Source: Candidatus Fimenecus sp. (GTDB lineage: Bacteria; Bacillota; Clostridia; Oscillospirales; Acutalibacteraceae). Taken from it: a stretch of DNA of 64,000 nt. The notes below the pieces were generated by a model. It ran no database searches and was not told where the DNA came from. It worked only from the letters and a program-made list of their open reading frames with translations. The position numbers and the translations under genes were made by a program. Shown piece after piece: positions 18,093 through 27,162 of the stretch. The first letter of the stretch is position 1. Every line of letters starts with the position of its first letter. The DNA lies in assembly GCA_045613065.1 (NCBI GenBank), contig JAZLAH010000044.1, positions 55-64,054 of the forward strand, read 5' to 3'.

Positions 18093-18413
18093 TTATAATT
18101 TATTGAGTAAAATACTATTAATTATTTCTCTGTTTTCTTCTTCGCTTTCGGATACAAAATCCTTAATTTTTCTATCTTCTACTACATACTCGATTTTCAA
18201 TTTTGTTGCAAAAACACCTTTGTTAACAAAGAGTATAATTTCAGAGTCAATATTATCATAAATAAAAGCAATCTTGTATCCTTTTACCTGTGGCTCAAAA
18301 ACAACTTTTTCAACATTGCTCATTGCATTAGCTTTTTGCTTAAACTCTGTTAAAAAATTAGTCATCAATACAAATTTATCATAATCATTTTGAGTAATTG
18401 GCAGTTTATCCAT
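18093..18413 (-). CDS. Hypothetical protein (106 aa)
   Basis: ORF only. Lies 13 nt downstream of alaX on the same strand. No family recognised. Confidence 0.5.
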   Translation of the reverse strand: MDKLPITQNDYDKFVLMTNFLTEFKQKANAMSNVEKVVFEPQVKGYKIAFIYDNIDSEIILFVNKGVFATKLKIEYVVEDRKIKDFVSESEEENREIINSILLNKL

Positions 18414-18426
18414 ATTAATAATCCTC

Positions 18427-19575
18427 TTATTTAAAGTAATCTAATATAGCCTCTTTTGTACCGACAATTTTACCCTGTGCATAGGTATCTCTGCCACCAC
18501 CTTTACCGTTAAAGGCTTTGTTGAGATTCTGCACATTTTCACGGACGTTCTCTGTTTTACTTGAAACAACATAAATATAGTTGTTGTCATCTGTATTTGA
18601 GAATAAATAACAATGTTCATATTCTTCAATAAGCTCATTTGAGCAGTTTCGCAACTCATCATAAGAAACACCGTCAATAAATACACAGGATGTATTTCCG
18701 TTAATATGCTTCTCCATTTTAAGGGTCGCCATTTCACCCATAAGCTTTTTGTTTTCTGCTTTAAGAGTTGCAATTTCATTCTGCAATCTTTCAACTGAAT
18801 CTGCAATTTCAAAGCGTTTTGCAGAAAGCATATTCATAACAGATTTATTGGTTGCGTGAAGATTTTGATAATCATTAAGTGCCAACAAACCACAAATCAT
18901 TTCAATTCGAGTACCCTTTTTATATGGAATGAAAGAAAGGATTTTAATAATTCCTATTTCACCTGTTTTCAGTACATGCGGTGCACAACAAGCACAAAGG
19001 TCATAATCCTCAATCTCAATAAGACGAACACCTTCTGTAATATCAAGTTTGCTACGATAATCGTAATCAGGCAATTCTTCTGCTGTCGGATAAATGGCTT
19101 TTACACTCTTATTATCATAAATAGCCTTATTGGACTTTAGTTCAACTTCTCTTATGTTTTCTTCTGTCAAAGGTCCATCAACATCAAGAGTTATAAGGGA
19201 ATCGTTCATGTGAAAACCCACGTTGTTATAACCGAAAAGGCTATGAATCACGCCTGAAACAATATGCTCACCCGTGTGATTCTGCATTCTCCCGAATCTT
19301 GTGTCCCAATCAATCGTACAGTTTACTTTTTCATTCTCTGTAAAAGCTTTGTTTACTTTGTGATAAATAATTTCATCCTTAATCTGTACATCAAGAACTT
19401 CTGCACCACTTATTTTACCTTTGTCAGCATCTTGTCCGCCACCCTCAGGAAAAAAGGCAGTTTTATCAAGGACAAGTAAATATGCACCGTCTTTTTCTTC
19501 ACAGGAAACGACAGTTGCAGAAAATTCCTTTATATATGAATCATTTTCGTAAAGTTTAACTGTAGGTTTAATCAT
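18427..19575 (-). CDS. alaX: AlaX-L type alanyl-tRNA editing protein (Ala-tRNA synthetase second additional domain family)
   Basis: FFPEGGGQ, zinc motifs HTGEHI and CACCAPH. Start placed at ATG 19575 (MIKPT), preceded by GAGAGGTG. Confidence 0.8.
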   Translation of the reverse strand: MIKPTVKLYENDSYIKEFSATVVSCEEKDGAYLLVLDKTAFFPEGGGQDADKGKISGAEVLDVQIKDEIIYHKVNKAFTENEKVNCTIDWDTRFGRMQNHTGEHIVSGVIHSLFGYNNVGFHMNDSLITLDVDGPLTEENIREVELKSNKAIYDNKSVKAIYPTAEELPDYDYRSKLDITEGVRLIEIEDYDLCACCAPHVLKTGEIGIIKILSFIPYKKGTRIEMICGLLALNDYQNLHATNKSVMNMLSAKRFEIADSVERLQNEIATLKAENKKLMGEMATLKMEKHINGNTSCVFIDGVSYDELRNCSNELIEEYEHCYLFSNTDDNNYIYVVSSKTENVRENVQNLNKAFNGKGGGRDTYAQGKIVGTKEAILDYFK

Positions 19576-19695
19576 ATAAAACACCTCTCGACAATTATAC
19601 TAAATATCAACCACTTTATCAACTATTTGTTTATTGTAATCTCCTATTTATTATGTTAGAATGAATCTATTCCACAATAAACACGAGGTAAAATT

Positions 19696-21111
19696 ATGTT
19701 TTATTGCGATAACCTGAAAATCAAAGACAACTACGGTAGAGAAAGAATCTTCAGAGGAGTCAACATCTGTTTAAAACCACACTGGATAAACGAGCATTTC
19801 GTTCGCAAACACCTTTTAAAAGAAAGCAACTTTGAAAAATTCAGGTCTGTAGGTGTAAATATTATCAGACTTGGAATTACATGGGCAGCTATTGAACCTG
19901 AAGAAGACAAATACAACGACAAACTTATTTATGCACTAAAGGATTATATTCATAAGTGTGCTGAAAATAATATATTCATTATGTTTGATATGCATCAGGA
20001 TTTGTTCTCACACTATTTTCATGGTGATGGTGCACCAAAATGGGCTATTGATTCGTCTTACGAGAATCCTCGTCAATATGCTATCTGGGCAGAAGGATAT
20101 TTCTATATGCAAGGTGTTCAAAAGGCTTTTAACGACTTCTGGACAAACAGAGACAACATACAGACAAAATTTATAAAAATGTGGTCTTATGTGGCAGATG
20201 CTCTTTCAGATTGCAAAAACATAATCGGTTATGACTACTTAAACGAGCCATACATTCATAAAGATGGCAGAAAAGTATTTCTTACGCTTGCATCAAACGT
20301 TATAAAAACAGCCTACGGAAAAGATGTGAATTTTGAGAAATATTTTAATAAGTGCAAAGACAAAACAGGTTTTGCAAAAATGGCTATTAAGATTTATTCT
20401 TTTATCCGTACAAGAAAAGGTCTTCTTAATCTCCTTGAAACAATGGATAGTGAAGAAAAATTTTATGATGCAATAAATGGTCTTTCTGAATTCACAAACG
20501 ATTTTAACAAAGACTACTATCAACCATTTTTCTATAACATCAGTAACACTGTAAACAAGACAGGAATTTTCAATTTCTTTGAACATAGTTACTATGCAAA
20601 CCTTGGATTACCATTTGAAATTGAAAAGAGAAACAATGATATTTATTCTCCACACGCATACGACATCTTTATTGATTCACCTTTATACAATAAATATTCA
20701 AGTAACAATCGTGTCAAGTGTATTATCTCTGAAATAAGAAAAAACCAGTTGAAAATGAATGTTCCTGTGCTTTTTGGTGAATGGGGTGGTGGTGCACCTG
20801 GTCACGACTGGATTCAACATATTGATTTTATTATGGGTGAATTTGAAAAGAATCATTGGAGCAGCATTTATTGGAGTTATAATTTCAAAAAAGATGAATT
20901 AAAAGAGGTATTTAACAGACCTTATCCTGTTGCTGTCTGTGGTGATGTTGAAGAAATTAAAACTGACAGTAAAAATCGCAAATTCATATTGAAATGGTCT
21001 TGTGAAAAGGATTTTCCTGATAATGTTAAGACAGAAATATATATTCCGAATAAAGGTATCGTAAAATTTGATAATCAAATTGGCAAAAATAAAATTGAAA
21101 TAGAATATTAA
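19696..21111 (+). CDS. Glycoside hydrolase family 5 (endoglycoceramidase/cellulase-like), cytoplasmic
   Basis: RGVNI..., GVNIIRLGITWAAIEPEE, DMHQD, acid/base NEP (YLNEPY), nucleophile GEWGGG. No signal peptide. Confidence 0.8.
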   Translation: MFYCDNLKIKDNYGRERIFRGVNICLKPHWINEHFVRKHLLKESNFEKFRSVGVNIIRLGITWAAIEPEEDKYNDKLIYALKDYIHKCAENNIFIMFDMHQDLFSHYFHGDGAPKWAIDSSYENPRQYAIWAEGYFYMQGVQKAFNDFWTNRDNIQTKFIKMWSYVADALSDCKNIIGYDYLNEPYIHKDGRKVFLTLASNVIKTAYGKDVNFEKYFNKCKDKTGFAKMAIKIYSFIRTRKGLLNLLETMDSEEKFYDAINGLSEFTNDFNKDYYQPFFYNISNTVNKTGIFNFFEHSYYANLGLPFEIEKRNNDIYSPHAYDIFIDSPLYNKYSSNNRVKCIISEIRKNQLKMNVPVLFGEWGGGAPGHDWIQHIDFIMGEFEKNHWSSIYWSYNFKKDELKEVFNRPYPVAVCGDVEEIKTDSKNRKFILKWSCEKDFPDNVKTEIYIPNKGIVKFDNQIGKNKIEIEY

Positions 21112-21118
21112 AAACCAA

Positions 21119-21149
21119 GGGACGATGTGAGCATCGTCCCCTACTTTTT
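21119..21149 (+). terminator. Rho-independent terminator after GH5
   Basis: GGGACGATG-TGAG-CATCGTCCC followed by CTACTTTTT. The 3' side carries the same CCCCTAC motif as the REP-like elements. Confidence 0.8.
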
Positions 21150-21150
21150 A

Positions 21151-21185
21151 TATAAAAAATACCGCGAGCCGATAGACACGCGGTA
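21151..21185 (-). terminator. Minus-strand terminator downstream of fba
   Basis: Minus-strand TACCGCG-TGTCTATCGGCT-CGCGGTA followed by TTTTTTAT. Confidence 0.6.
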
Positions 21186-21307
21186 CCATGAAATCAAATT
21201 GTAAAATTGAGTTATTTTTTTGTTAGGCAATCTCACGAAACCGAAGCTGTATCAAGATACTGCGAGGTGAAGACGAGGAAGCATAACGAAAAAAGAAGCA
21301 ATTTAAA

Positions 21308-22174
21308 TTATGCTTTGTTAGCTGAACCGAAGAGTTCAATCTTTTCTCTAACTGTTGCCTTGATTGCTTCACAACCAGGAGCTAAAAGCTTTCTTGGGTC
21401 AAAGCCCTTACCTTCAAGGTCTTTACCTGCTTCAATGTACTTTCTTGTTGCTTCCTGGAATGCAAGCTGACATTCTGTGTTAACGTTGATTTTTGAAACA
21501 CCAAGAGAAATAGCTTTCTGAATCATATCTGCTGGAATACCTGTACCACCGTGAAGAACGAGAGGCATTGTGCCTGTCTTTTCCTGAACTGCTGCAAGTG
21601 TGTCGAATGAAAGACCTGCCCAGTTTTCAGGATATTTACCGTGAATATTACCGATACCAGCTGCAAGCATTGTAACACCAAGGTCAGCAATCATCTTGCA
21701 TTCTTCAGGATCAGCACATTCACCTGCACCAACAACACCGTCTTCTTCACCACCGATTGAACCAACTTCAGCTTCAATTGAAAGACCCTTTTCTTCACAA
21801 ATTGCAACTAATTCCTTTGTCTTTTCGATATTTTCATCGATTGGATAGTGAGAACCGTCGAACATGATTGAGCTAAAACCTGCTTCGATACAAGCTTTTG
21901 CACCTTCGTATGAACCGTGGTCAAGGTGAAGAGCAACAGGAACTGTAATTTTAAGTTCTTCAAGCATACCTTCAACCATACCTACAACTGTTTTGTAGCC
22001 ACACATATATTTGCCTGCACCCTCAGATACACCAAGGATAACAGGAGAATTCATTTCCTGTGCAGTGAGAAGAATTGACTTAGTCCATTCAAGGTTATTG
22101 ATATTGAACTGACCAACTGCGTAATGACCAGCCTTTGCTTTTGTAAGCATTTCTTTTGCATTTACTAATGGCAT
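21308..22174 (-). CDS. fba: Class II fructose-1,6-bisphosphate aldolase
   Basis: MPLVNAKEMLTKAKAGHYAVGQFNINNLEW..., LHLDHG and HGGTG motifs. Confidence 0.95.
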   Translation of the reverse strand: MPLVNAKEMLTKAKAGHYAVGQFNINNLEWTKSILLTAQEMNSPVILGVSEGAGKYMCGYKTVVGMVEGMLEELKITVPVALHLDHGSYEGAKACIEAGFSSIMFDGSHYPIDENIEKTKELVAICEEKGLSIEAEVGSIGGEEDGVVGAGECADPEECKMIADLGVTMLAAGIGNIHGKYPENWAGLSFDTLAAVQEKTGTMPLVLHGGTGIPADMIQKAISLGVSKINVNTECQLAFQEATRKYIEAGKDLEGKGFDPRKLLAPGCEAIKATVREKIELFGSANKA

Positions 22175-22309
22175 AATTTAATACACTCCTATAAAAATTT
22201 ATCGCAAATATTATATATCACCTACAACTAAATGTCAACAAATTAACAAAATAAACTGCATAGAATAGTATAAGTTGGAGAGTATAATCCGACTTATATC
22301 AGGGGTGGT

Positions 22310-23359
22310 ATGGTGAAAAAGTATTTCTCAAGTGTTATCTGCAGTAAAGGTTACACAAGTACATACAATACAATTTACAAAAAGGATCCGTCTGCAAGTG
22401 TTTATATAGTCAATGGTGATGATTATGAAAAGTCAATATTCTTTTCGGAAATAATAAAACATATGTCAGGATATAATATTACACTTTTTAATCCGTTTTA
22501 TGACGAATCAACAGATGGAATTCACATAAAAAACCTGAATACATATGTTCTTTCTGACGGTGGATATAATAAAATCTATCCTGTGTTTCCTGGCATATGG
22601 GAAAAGCAGATTGACATTGTATCAAACAAGAATTACAAAACAGATTTACTTCGAGAAGTTTTGATTCACAAATCACAAGAAAACTACCATTATAGTGAAG
22701 CTTGTTCCACATTAAAAAAAGCATCACTTATTAAGGAAAGACTACACAATGAGCTTTCACCATATCTTAACGAGGATAAAGTCATCAATTTCATTCATCG
22801 ATTTAAAAGTAAAGAACTAAAATCAGTAATCACTCACGCAAAAGGTGAAATCCGACTACTTTCCTCACCTACTCCATTAGGGTTTCACACTCATTACGAA
22901 ACAATTTTTAGCCTTTGTGAAAAAGTTATAAATATTGTTGATGAAACAAGTTTTATAGCCTCAATCATTTCAGGAGTTATAAAAAACTGTGCTATTCGTG
23001 AAAAAATTCCTATAATTGCAAGTCCATCATATTTCAACAATGATTTTTTTCAATTTTTAATTTTTCCAACTGTAAAAATAGGCATCTGCATCTCCGATAA
23101 AAGTCACATTCTGCCTTTTGAGCCTTATGATAAAATAACTGCATCACGATTTCTCACAAATCCCGATATTCTCAACAGTAGATATGTAGAAATTCTTCTG
23201 TCCGTGGAAGAAAAATTTCTCGAAAAAGCAATTCTTTCAATTTATAACGGCAGAGACGAACGATATAAATATAACGATTTGACAAAAGGATATTCCAATC
23301 CTGACGAAGCCATAGACTCAGCTAAAAAATTAGCAAAGAAAATATTGAATTTTCAGTAA
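22310..23359 (+). CDS. Hypothetical protein resembling a spore-former P-loop ATPase family, but with a degenerate Walker A
   Basis: The N-terminal pattern KYF..(x)KGYTSTY...IVNGDDYEKS...GYNITLF...DESTDGIHI...SDGGY...PGIWE recalls a family that reads GGPGTGKS where this protein reads NGDDYEKS. This is from memory, not from an alignment. Confidence 0.45.
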   Translation: MVKKYFSSVICSKGYTSTYNTIYKKDPSASVYIVNGDDYEKSIFFSEIIKHMSGYNITLFNPFYDESTDGIHIKNLNTYVLSDGGYNKIYPVFPGIWEKQIDIVSNKNYKTDLLREVLIHKSQENYHYSEACSTLKKASLIKERLHNELSPYLNEDKVINFIHRFKSKELKSVITHAKGEIRLLSSPTPLGFHTHYETIFSLCEKVINIVDETSFIASIISGVIKNCAIREKIPIIASPSYFNNDFFQFLIFPTVKIGICISDKSHILPFEPYDKITASRFLTNPDILNSRYVEILLSVEEKFLEKAILSIYNGRDERYKYNDLTKGYSNPDEAIDSAKKLAKKILNFQ

Positions 23360-23400
23360 TTATTCGGGAAGAATAATTTCAGACTGAAAGGATTGATTTT

Positions 23401-24423
23401 ATGGCTGAACGAATTGGTAAGCATACAATTTTATTACCGACAAAACCATCTGTTTACGGATATGCCTCTGTTGTTGGTAAAGCTGAAAGCGAAGGTCCCT
23501 TATCACAAGAATTTGACAAGACATATGACGATGACACAATCGACGGATGTCCCACTTGGGAGAAAAGTGAAAGTGCTTTGCACAATGAAGCTGTTTCACG
23601 TGCAATTGCAAAAGCTGATTTATCTCCAAAAGATATTGACTTAATTATGGCTGGAGATTTGCTCAACCAATGTATAGGTACTTCATTTGGCATAAGGGAA
23701 TTGCAAATCCCCTTTTTAGGAATTTATGGTGCATGCTCCACAATGGCACTATCAATGGCTCTTGCATCAGTTTTGGTTGATTCTCAGGTTGTGAATACAG
23801 CAGTTGCCTCAACCTCATCACATTTTGCATCTGCAGAACGACAATTCCGTTTGCCACTTGAATATGGCGGTCAACGACCCCCGTCAGCACAACGAACAGC
23901 AACCGCTTCAGGTGCTACGGTCATCTCTCACCATAAAGGAAATGTGCCATCAATCGAAGCTGTGATTTTCGGTAAAATTATGGACTTAGGCATAAAAGAT
24001 GCCAACAATATGGGTGCTGCCATGGCACCGGCTGCTGCAGAAACCATACAGAGTTTTTTGAATGATACAAATACGAAGCCAAGTGATTATGACTTAATTC
24101 TCACTGGTGATTTGGGTAAAGTTGGTAGTGAATTGTTAATTGATTTGCTGATTAAAGACTTTAATATTGATATTTCGTCTGTTCACAATGATTGTGGTCT
24201 GATGATTTACGACTTGGAAACACAGGATATGCATGCTGGTGGTTCAGGTTGTGGTTGTAGTGCTGCCGTTGTGAACTCGGTCATCATGAAAAAGCTTACA
24301 AATGGCAATTTAAAACGAGTTTTATTCGTTGGTACGGGTGCTTTGCTATCCACAACATCGTCATTACAAGGCGAAAGTGTACCTGGAATTGCACATGGAG
24401 TTCTTTTAACAAATGGAAAATAA
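23401..24423 (+). CDS. spoVAD: Stage V sporulation protein AD
   Basis: Thiolase-like. AGDLLNQ, GACSTM, SSHFASAERQFR.PLEYGGQRP, GSGCGCSA and VGTGALLS blocks match B. subtilis SpoVAD as I recall it. Confidence 0.9.
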   Translation: MAERIGKHTILLPTKPSVYGYASVVGKAESEGPLSQEFDKTYDDDTIDGCPTWEKSESALHNEAVSRAIAKADLSPKDIDLIMAGDLLNQCIGTSFGIRELQIPFLGIYGACSTMALSMALASVLVDSQVVNTAVASTSSHFASAERQFRLPLEYGGQRPPSAQRTATASGATVISHHKGNVPSIEAVIFGKIMDLGIKDANNMGAAMAPAAAETIQSFLNDTNTKPSDYDLILTGDLGKVGSELLIDLLIKDFNIDISSVHNDCGLMIYDLETQDMHAGGSGCGCSAAVVNSVIMKKLTNGNLKRVLFVGTGALLSTTSSLQGESVPGIAHGVLLTNGK

Positions 24424-24427
24424 TATA

Positions 24428-24571
24428 ATGAATATGAGCCACGATATAACTGTAATTTCACGACTTGGTAATACACTTAAAATGTTAAAACTTCTTGAAA
24501 TGGCACTGACCGTTGGGATAATAGCCTTTACCGTTTTAAGAGTAATCAACATATTTCGAGAACAGAATTAG
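24428..24571 (+). CDS. Possible 47-aa small membrane protein
   Basis: Own translation: MNMSHDITVISRLGNTLKMLKLLEMALTVGIIAFTVLRVINIFREQN. One hydrophobic helix, weak RBS, 4 nt after the spoVAD stop and followed by a terminator. Below the ORF-track size cutoff. Confidence 0.3.
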   Translation: MNMSHDITVISRLGNTLKMLKLLEMALTVGIIAFTVLRVINIFREQN

Positions 24572-24585
24572 AATATCTAAAAAAC

Positions 24586-24621
24586 GCAGAGAAGATTTTA
24601 TTCTTCTCTGCAATTTTGTTT
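24586..24621 (+). terminator. Rho-independent terminator
   Basis: GCAGAGAAG-ATTTTATT-CTTCTCTGC followed by AATTTTGTTT. Confidence 0.8.
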
Positions 24622-24744
24622 GGCATTAAAATTAAGAGATTTTCCTCTCCACTAATAATGATGTGTTTTCTCAACATTTGCAGTTGAAAAAGTGAAAATT
24701 ATATGGTATTATTTAACTGATAATTTTTACAAAGGTGTGATATT

Positions 24745-25620
24745 ATGGGAAAATATCTTTTAGTTAATGCTGATGACTTTGGTATGTGTCATAGTGCTAA
24801 CGAAGCAATTTTTGACCTTTTCAAGTCAGGCAGACTTAAATCATCTACAATAATGATGCCTTGTCCTGCTGCAAAGGAAGCTGTTGATTTTTCTATTGAA
24901 AATCCACAGTATGCTATCGGTGTTCACCTTACTACAACAGCAGAATGGGAAACATATCGTTGGAAAGCATTAACAAACGGACCAAGTCTTCACGATAAAG
25001 AAGGTTTTATGTGGCATACCGGTGAAGATGCTGACAAATACGGTAAATACGACGAGATTGAAAAAGAAATTAGAGCTCAGATTGACCTTGCACATGCTTG
25101 GGGTATGAAACCATCACATGTTGATAATCACATGGGTTCATTATATGGACATCTCACAGGAAGATTTTCACTTCTTAAATTGACACTTCGTGTTTGTGGA
25201 GATTATGGATATGCATTCCGTATGTTCACTTCTGCAGATAAGCGTGTTGCTCCAAGAGGAACTCCATATTTTCTCTGGAATGCTTGTACTCTCCTTTCAA
25301 GAAAATGGGGCAAGCAATATAATGTAATTATGCCTGATTATCTTCTTTTCCCTGATTGGGATGTTATGCCAACAGACTCTTACGAAAGTTACAGAAAGAA
25401 AATTCTTGACATCTGGTGCAATATTCCAGAAGGAATTACTGAAACTTATGTTCATCCTGCACTTGAAACAGACGAACTTAAATCTATCGTACCTCTTTGG
25501 GAACAGAGAGTATGGGAATATCAAGTTATGAAAGACCCTGAAACTGAAAAATATCTCAATGCTCATGGTGTTGAATTGATTAGCTACAGAGATATTATAA
25601 AAATGAAATCTGCAAAGTAA
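24745..25620 (+). CDS. YdjC/ChbG family carbohydrate deacetylase
   Basis: LLVNADDFGMCHSANEAI N-terminal motif and the HVDNHMG histidine motif of the YdjC family. Confidence 0.85.
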   Translation: MGKYLLVNADDFGMCHSANEAIFDLFKSGRLKSSTIMMPCPAAKEAVDFSIENPQYAIGVHLTTTAEWETYRWKALTNGPSLHDKEGFMWHTGEDADKYGKYDEIEKEIRAQIDLAHAWGMKPSHVDNHMGSLYGHLTGRFSLLKLTLRVCGDYGYAFRMFTSADKRVAPRGTPYFLWNACTLLSRKWGKQYNVIMPDYLLFPDWDVMPTDSYESYRKKILDIWCNIPEGITETYVHPALETDELKSIVPLWEQRVWEYQVMKDPETEKYLNAHGVELISYRDIIKMKSAK

Positions 25621-25631
25621 TGCAAAACAGA

Positions 25632-25670
25632 AGCCTTGGGAACGAAAAAATTCTCAAGGCTTAATTTTTA
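25632..25670 (+). terminator. Rho-independent terminator after ydjC-like gene
   Basis: AGCCTTG...CAAGGCT hairpin followed by TAATTTTT. Confidence 0.65.
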
Positions 25671-25692
25671 CTATTAAATATTAAATGGTAAT

Positions 25693-25731
25693 CAAAACAA
25701 AAAGCCGAGTGTCCATTACGAACACTCGGCT
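25693..25731 (-). terminator. Minus-strand terminator after the Cys-rich secreted protein gene
   Basis: AGCCGAGTG-TTCGTAATGGA-CACTCGGCT followed by TTTTGTTTTG on the minus strand. Confidence 0.75.
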
Positions 25732-25748
25732 AAACTTTTATTTAGATA

Positions 25749-26990
25749 TTAATAATGACGTTCGCCACATTTACAAACTGAGTTAAGACGGAAAATCTTC
25801 TGGAAGAAGAGCGCAAAGTCAAAGAAGAACTTTGAAATACCCTTCTTGTGGCAATTACATGAACAATTTTCAGATGGGTCCTCTGGTTCAACCATAATTC
25901 TGTTACAGTAGTCACAGTGGTTGTTGTTATCAGCGTCAGCACATTCTGCAATCTGAGGAATTACATCGCCACCTGCGATTACTATGTCACATTCTTCACA
26001 TACGATAGAAGGTGTATGACCAGCTGCCTGACAAGTAGCATCAGTGTGATGAAGATATTTAAGTTCATGTTCAACATTTTTTGTTATTTCTGATGTTGTA
26101 CCATCCTCATTTGTTATTGTTTCTTTCACTTCTACTGTATGAGAAGTTCCATTAACGATTGTAAAATACCAGTCATCAGAACTTAAGTTTCCATCTTTAA
26201 GACCGATGAAATATCTTTCACCTTTTTCAAGTAAGAATGGGAAATTAAAATTCTTATTATCAGCGCTCACATTAGCATCATTAGCAAGAACAACTGTACC
26301 TGTTTCATCAACAATTACGAAATTAGGGTCAGCTGCCCTTTTAACCAATGTCTCCACATCATCAGGATTTTCAGATTTTAAAATGTATGGTACTGTTTTA
26401 TTAGGTGTAAATCTAAACCAAACACGGTTTGTTTTTGAAGCAAGTTGAATTCTTTCACCTGCGTTAATATCTACACCGTCAAACACTTCACCACATGGAC
26501 AACAACCAACGATATTGTCAGCCTTTTCATGTGTACAGTCATTAAGGCATGTTACACATTTTCCATCTACATATACTTCGTGTAAACAGTTGATTGAAAC
26601 ATCCCATTGATTTCCACTAAGTGAGTTATGCATTGCAAGGTAATATGTTGTACCTAATTCACAATTCAATTCATATCTAAAGTTATGATAAGAACCATTG
26701 TTTTCAGCTTTTCCCACAAAGTTACTGCTACTAAGGCTATTCTTATATACTTCAAGAACAGGATTACAAGTTAAACTTGATTTCCCATCAGAAGTGATTA
26801 CAACCTTACCACTTCCTACAGGAACAAACTTTACGATAACAAAATCATCGTGAACAGCACCTGGAAGATAAACTGTTTTTGTCTCGCCAATAGTCATTGT
26901 ACAATCAGCTTCTTGTTTAGCAACAGCCAACATTGAAATTGCTGAAAGCATCATAACAAGTGCGAGTACAACTGATAAAACTTTTTTCAT
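25749..26990 (-). CDS. Secreted Cys-rich protein with two beta-sandwich (PPC-like) repeats and an unusual Cys/His/Phe-rich C-terminal tail
   Basis: Signal peptide MKKVLSVVLALVMMLSAISMLAVA. Two similar ~90-aa modules. CxxC clusters. Tail NCSCNCHKKGISKFFFDFALFFQKIFRLNSVCKCGERHY. No LPXTG, dockerin, SLH or lipobox. Confidence 0.6.
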   Translation of the reverse strand: MKKVLSVVLALVMMLSAISMLAVAKQEADCTMTIGETKTVYLPGAVHDDFVIVKFVPVGSGKVVITSDGKSSLTCNPVLEVYKNSLSSSNFVGKAENNGSYHNFRYELNCELGTTYYLAMHNSLSGNQWDVSINCLHEVYVDGKCVTCLNDCTHEKADNIVGCCPCGEVFDGVDINAGERIQLASKTNRVWFRFTPNKTVPYILKSENPDDVETLVKRAADPNFVIVDETGTVVLANDANVSADNKNFNFPFLLEKGERYFIGLKDGNLSSDDWYFTIVNGTSHTVEVKETITNEDGTTSEITKNVEHELKYLHHTDATCQAAGHTPSIVCEECDIVIAGGDVIPQIAECADADNNNHCDYCNRIMVEPEDPSENCSCNCHKKGISKFFFDFALFFQKIFRLNSVCKCGERHY

Positions 26991-27162
26991 AATTCATTCT
27001 CCTTATTTGTAATATATTTTTGCTAAAACTTTTCAGTACCCATAATTTTATCACTCGTACCAAATAATGTCAATACACACAAAGTGATTTCCATGTTGTT
27101 TTACACTTATTAAAGACATGACAATGTCCTGATAAAACAGCCATCAGGACATTGATATCAAT

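Noticed and set aside
21207-21470. 87-aa plus ORF overlapping the 3' end of fba
   Set aside because: It overlaps the well-supported fba gene and its terminator region, and no motif was recognised.
27120-27155. Hairpin AATGTCCTGAT...ATCAGGACATT as the terminator of the 27163-28137 gene
   Set aside because: The stem is good but no convincing U tract follows on either strand, so it is left unannotated.
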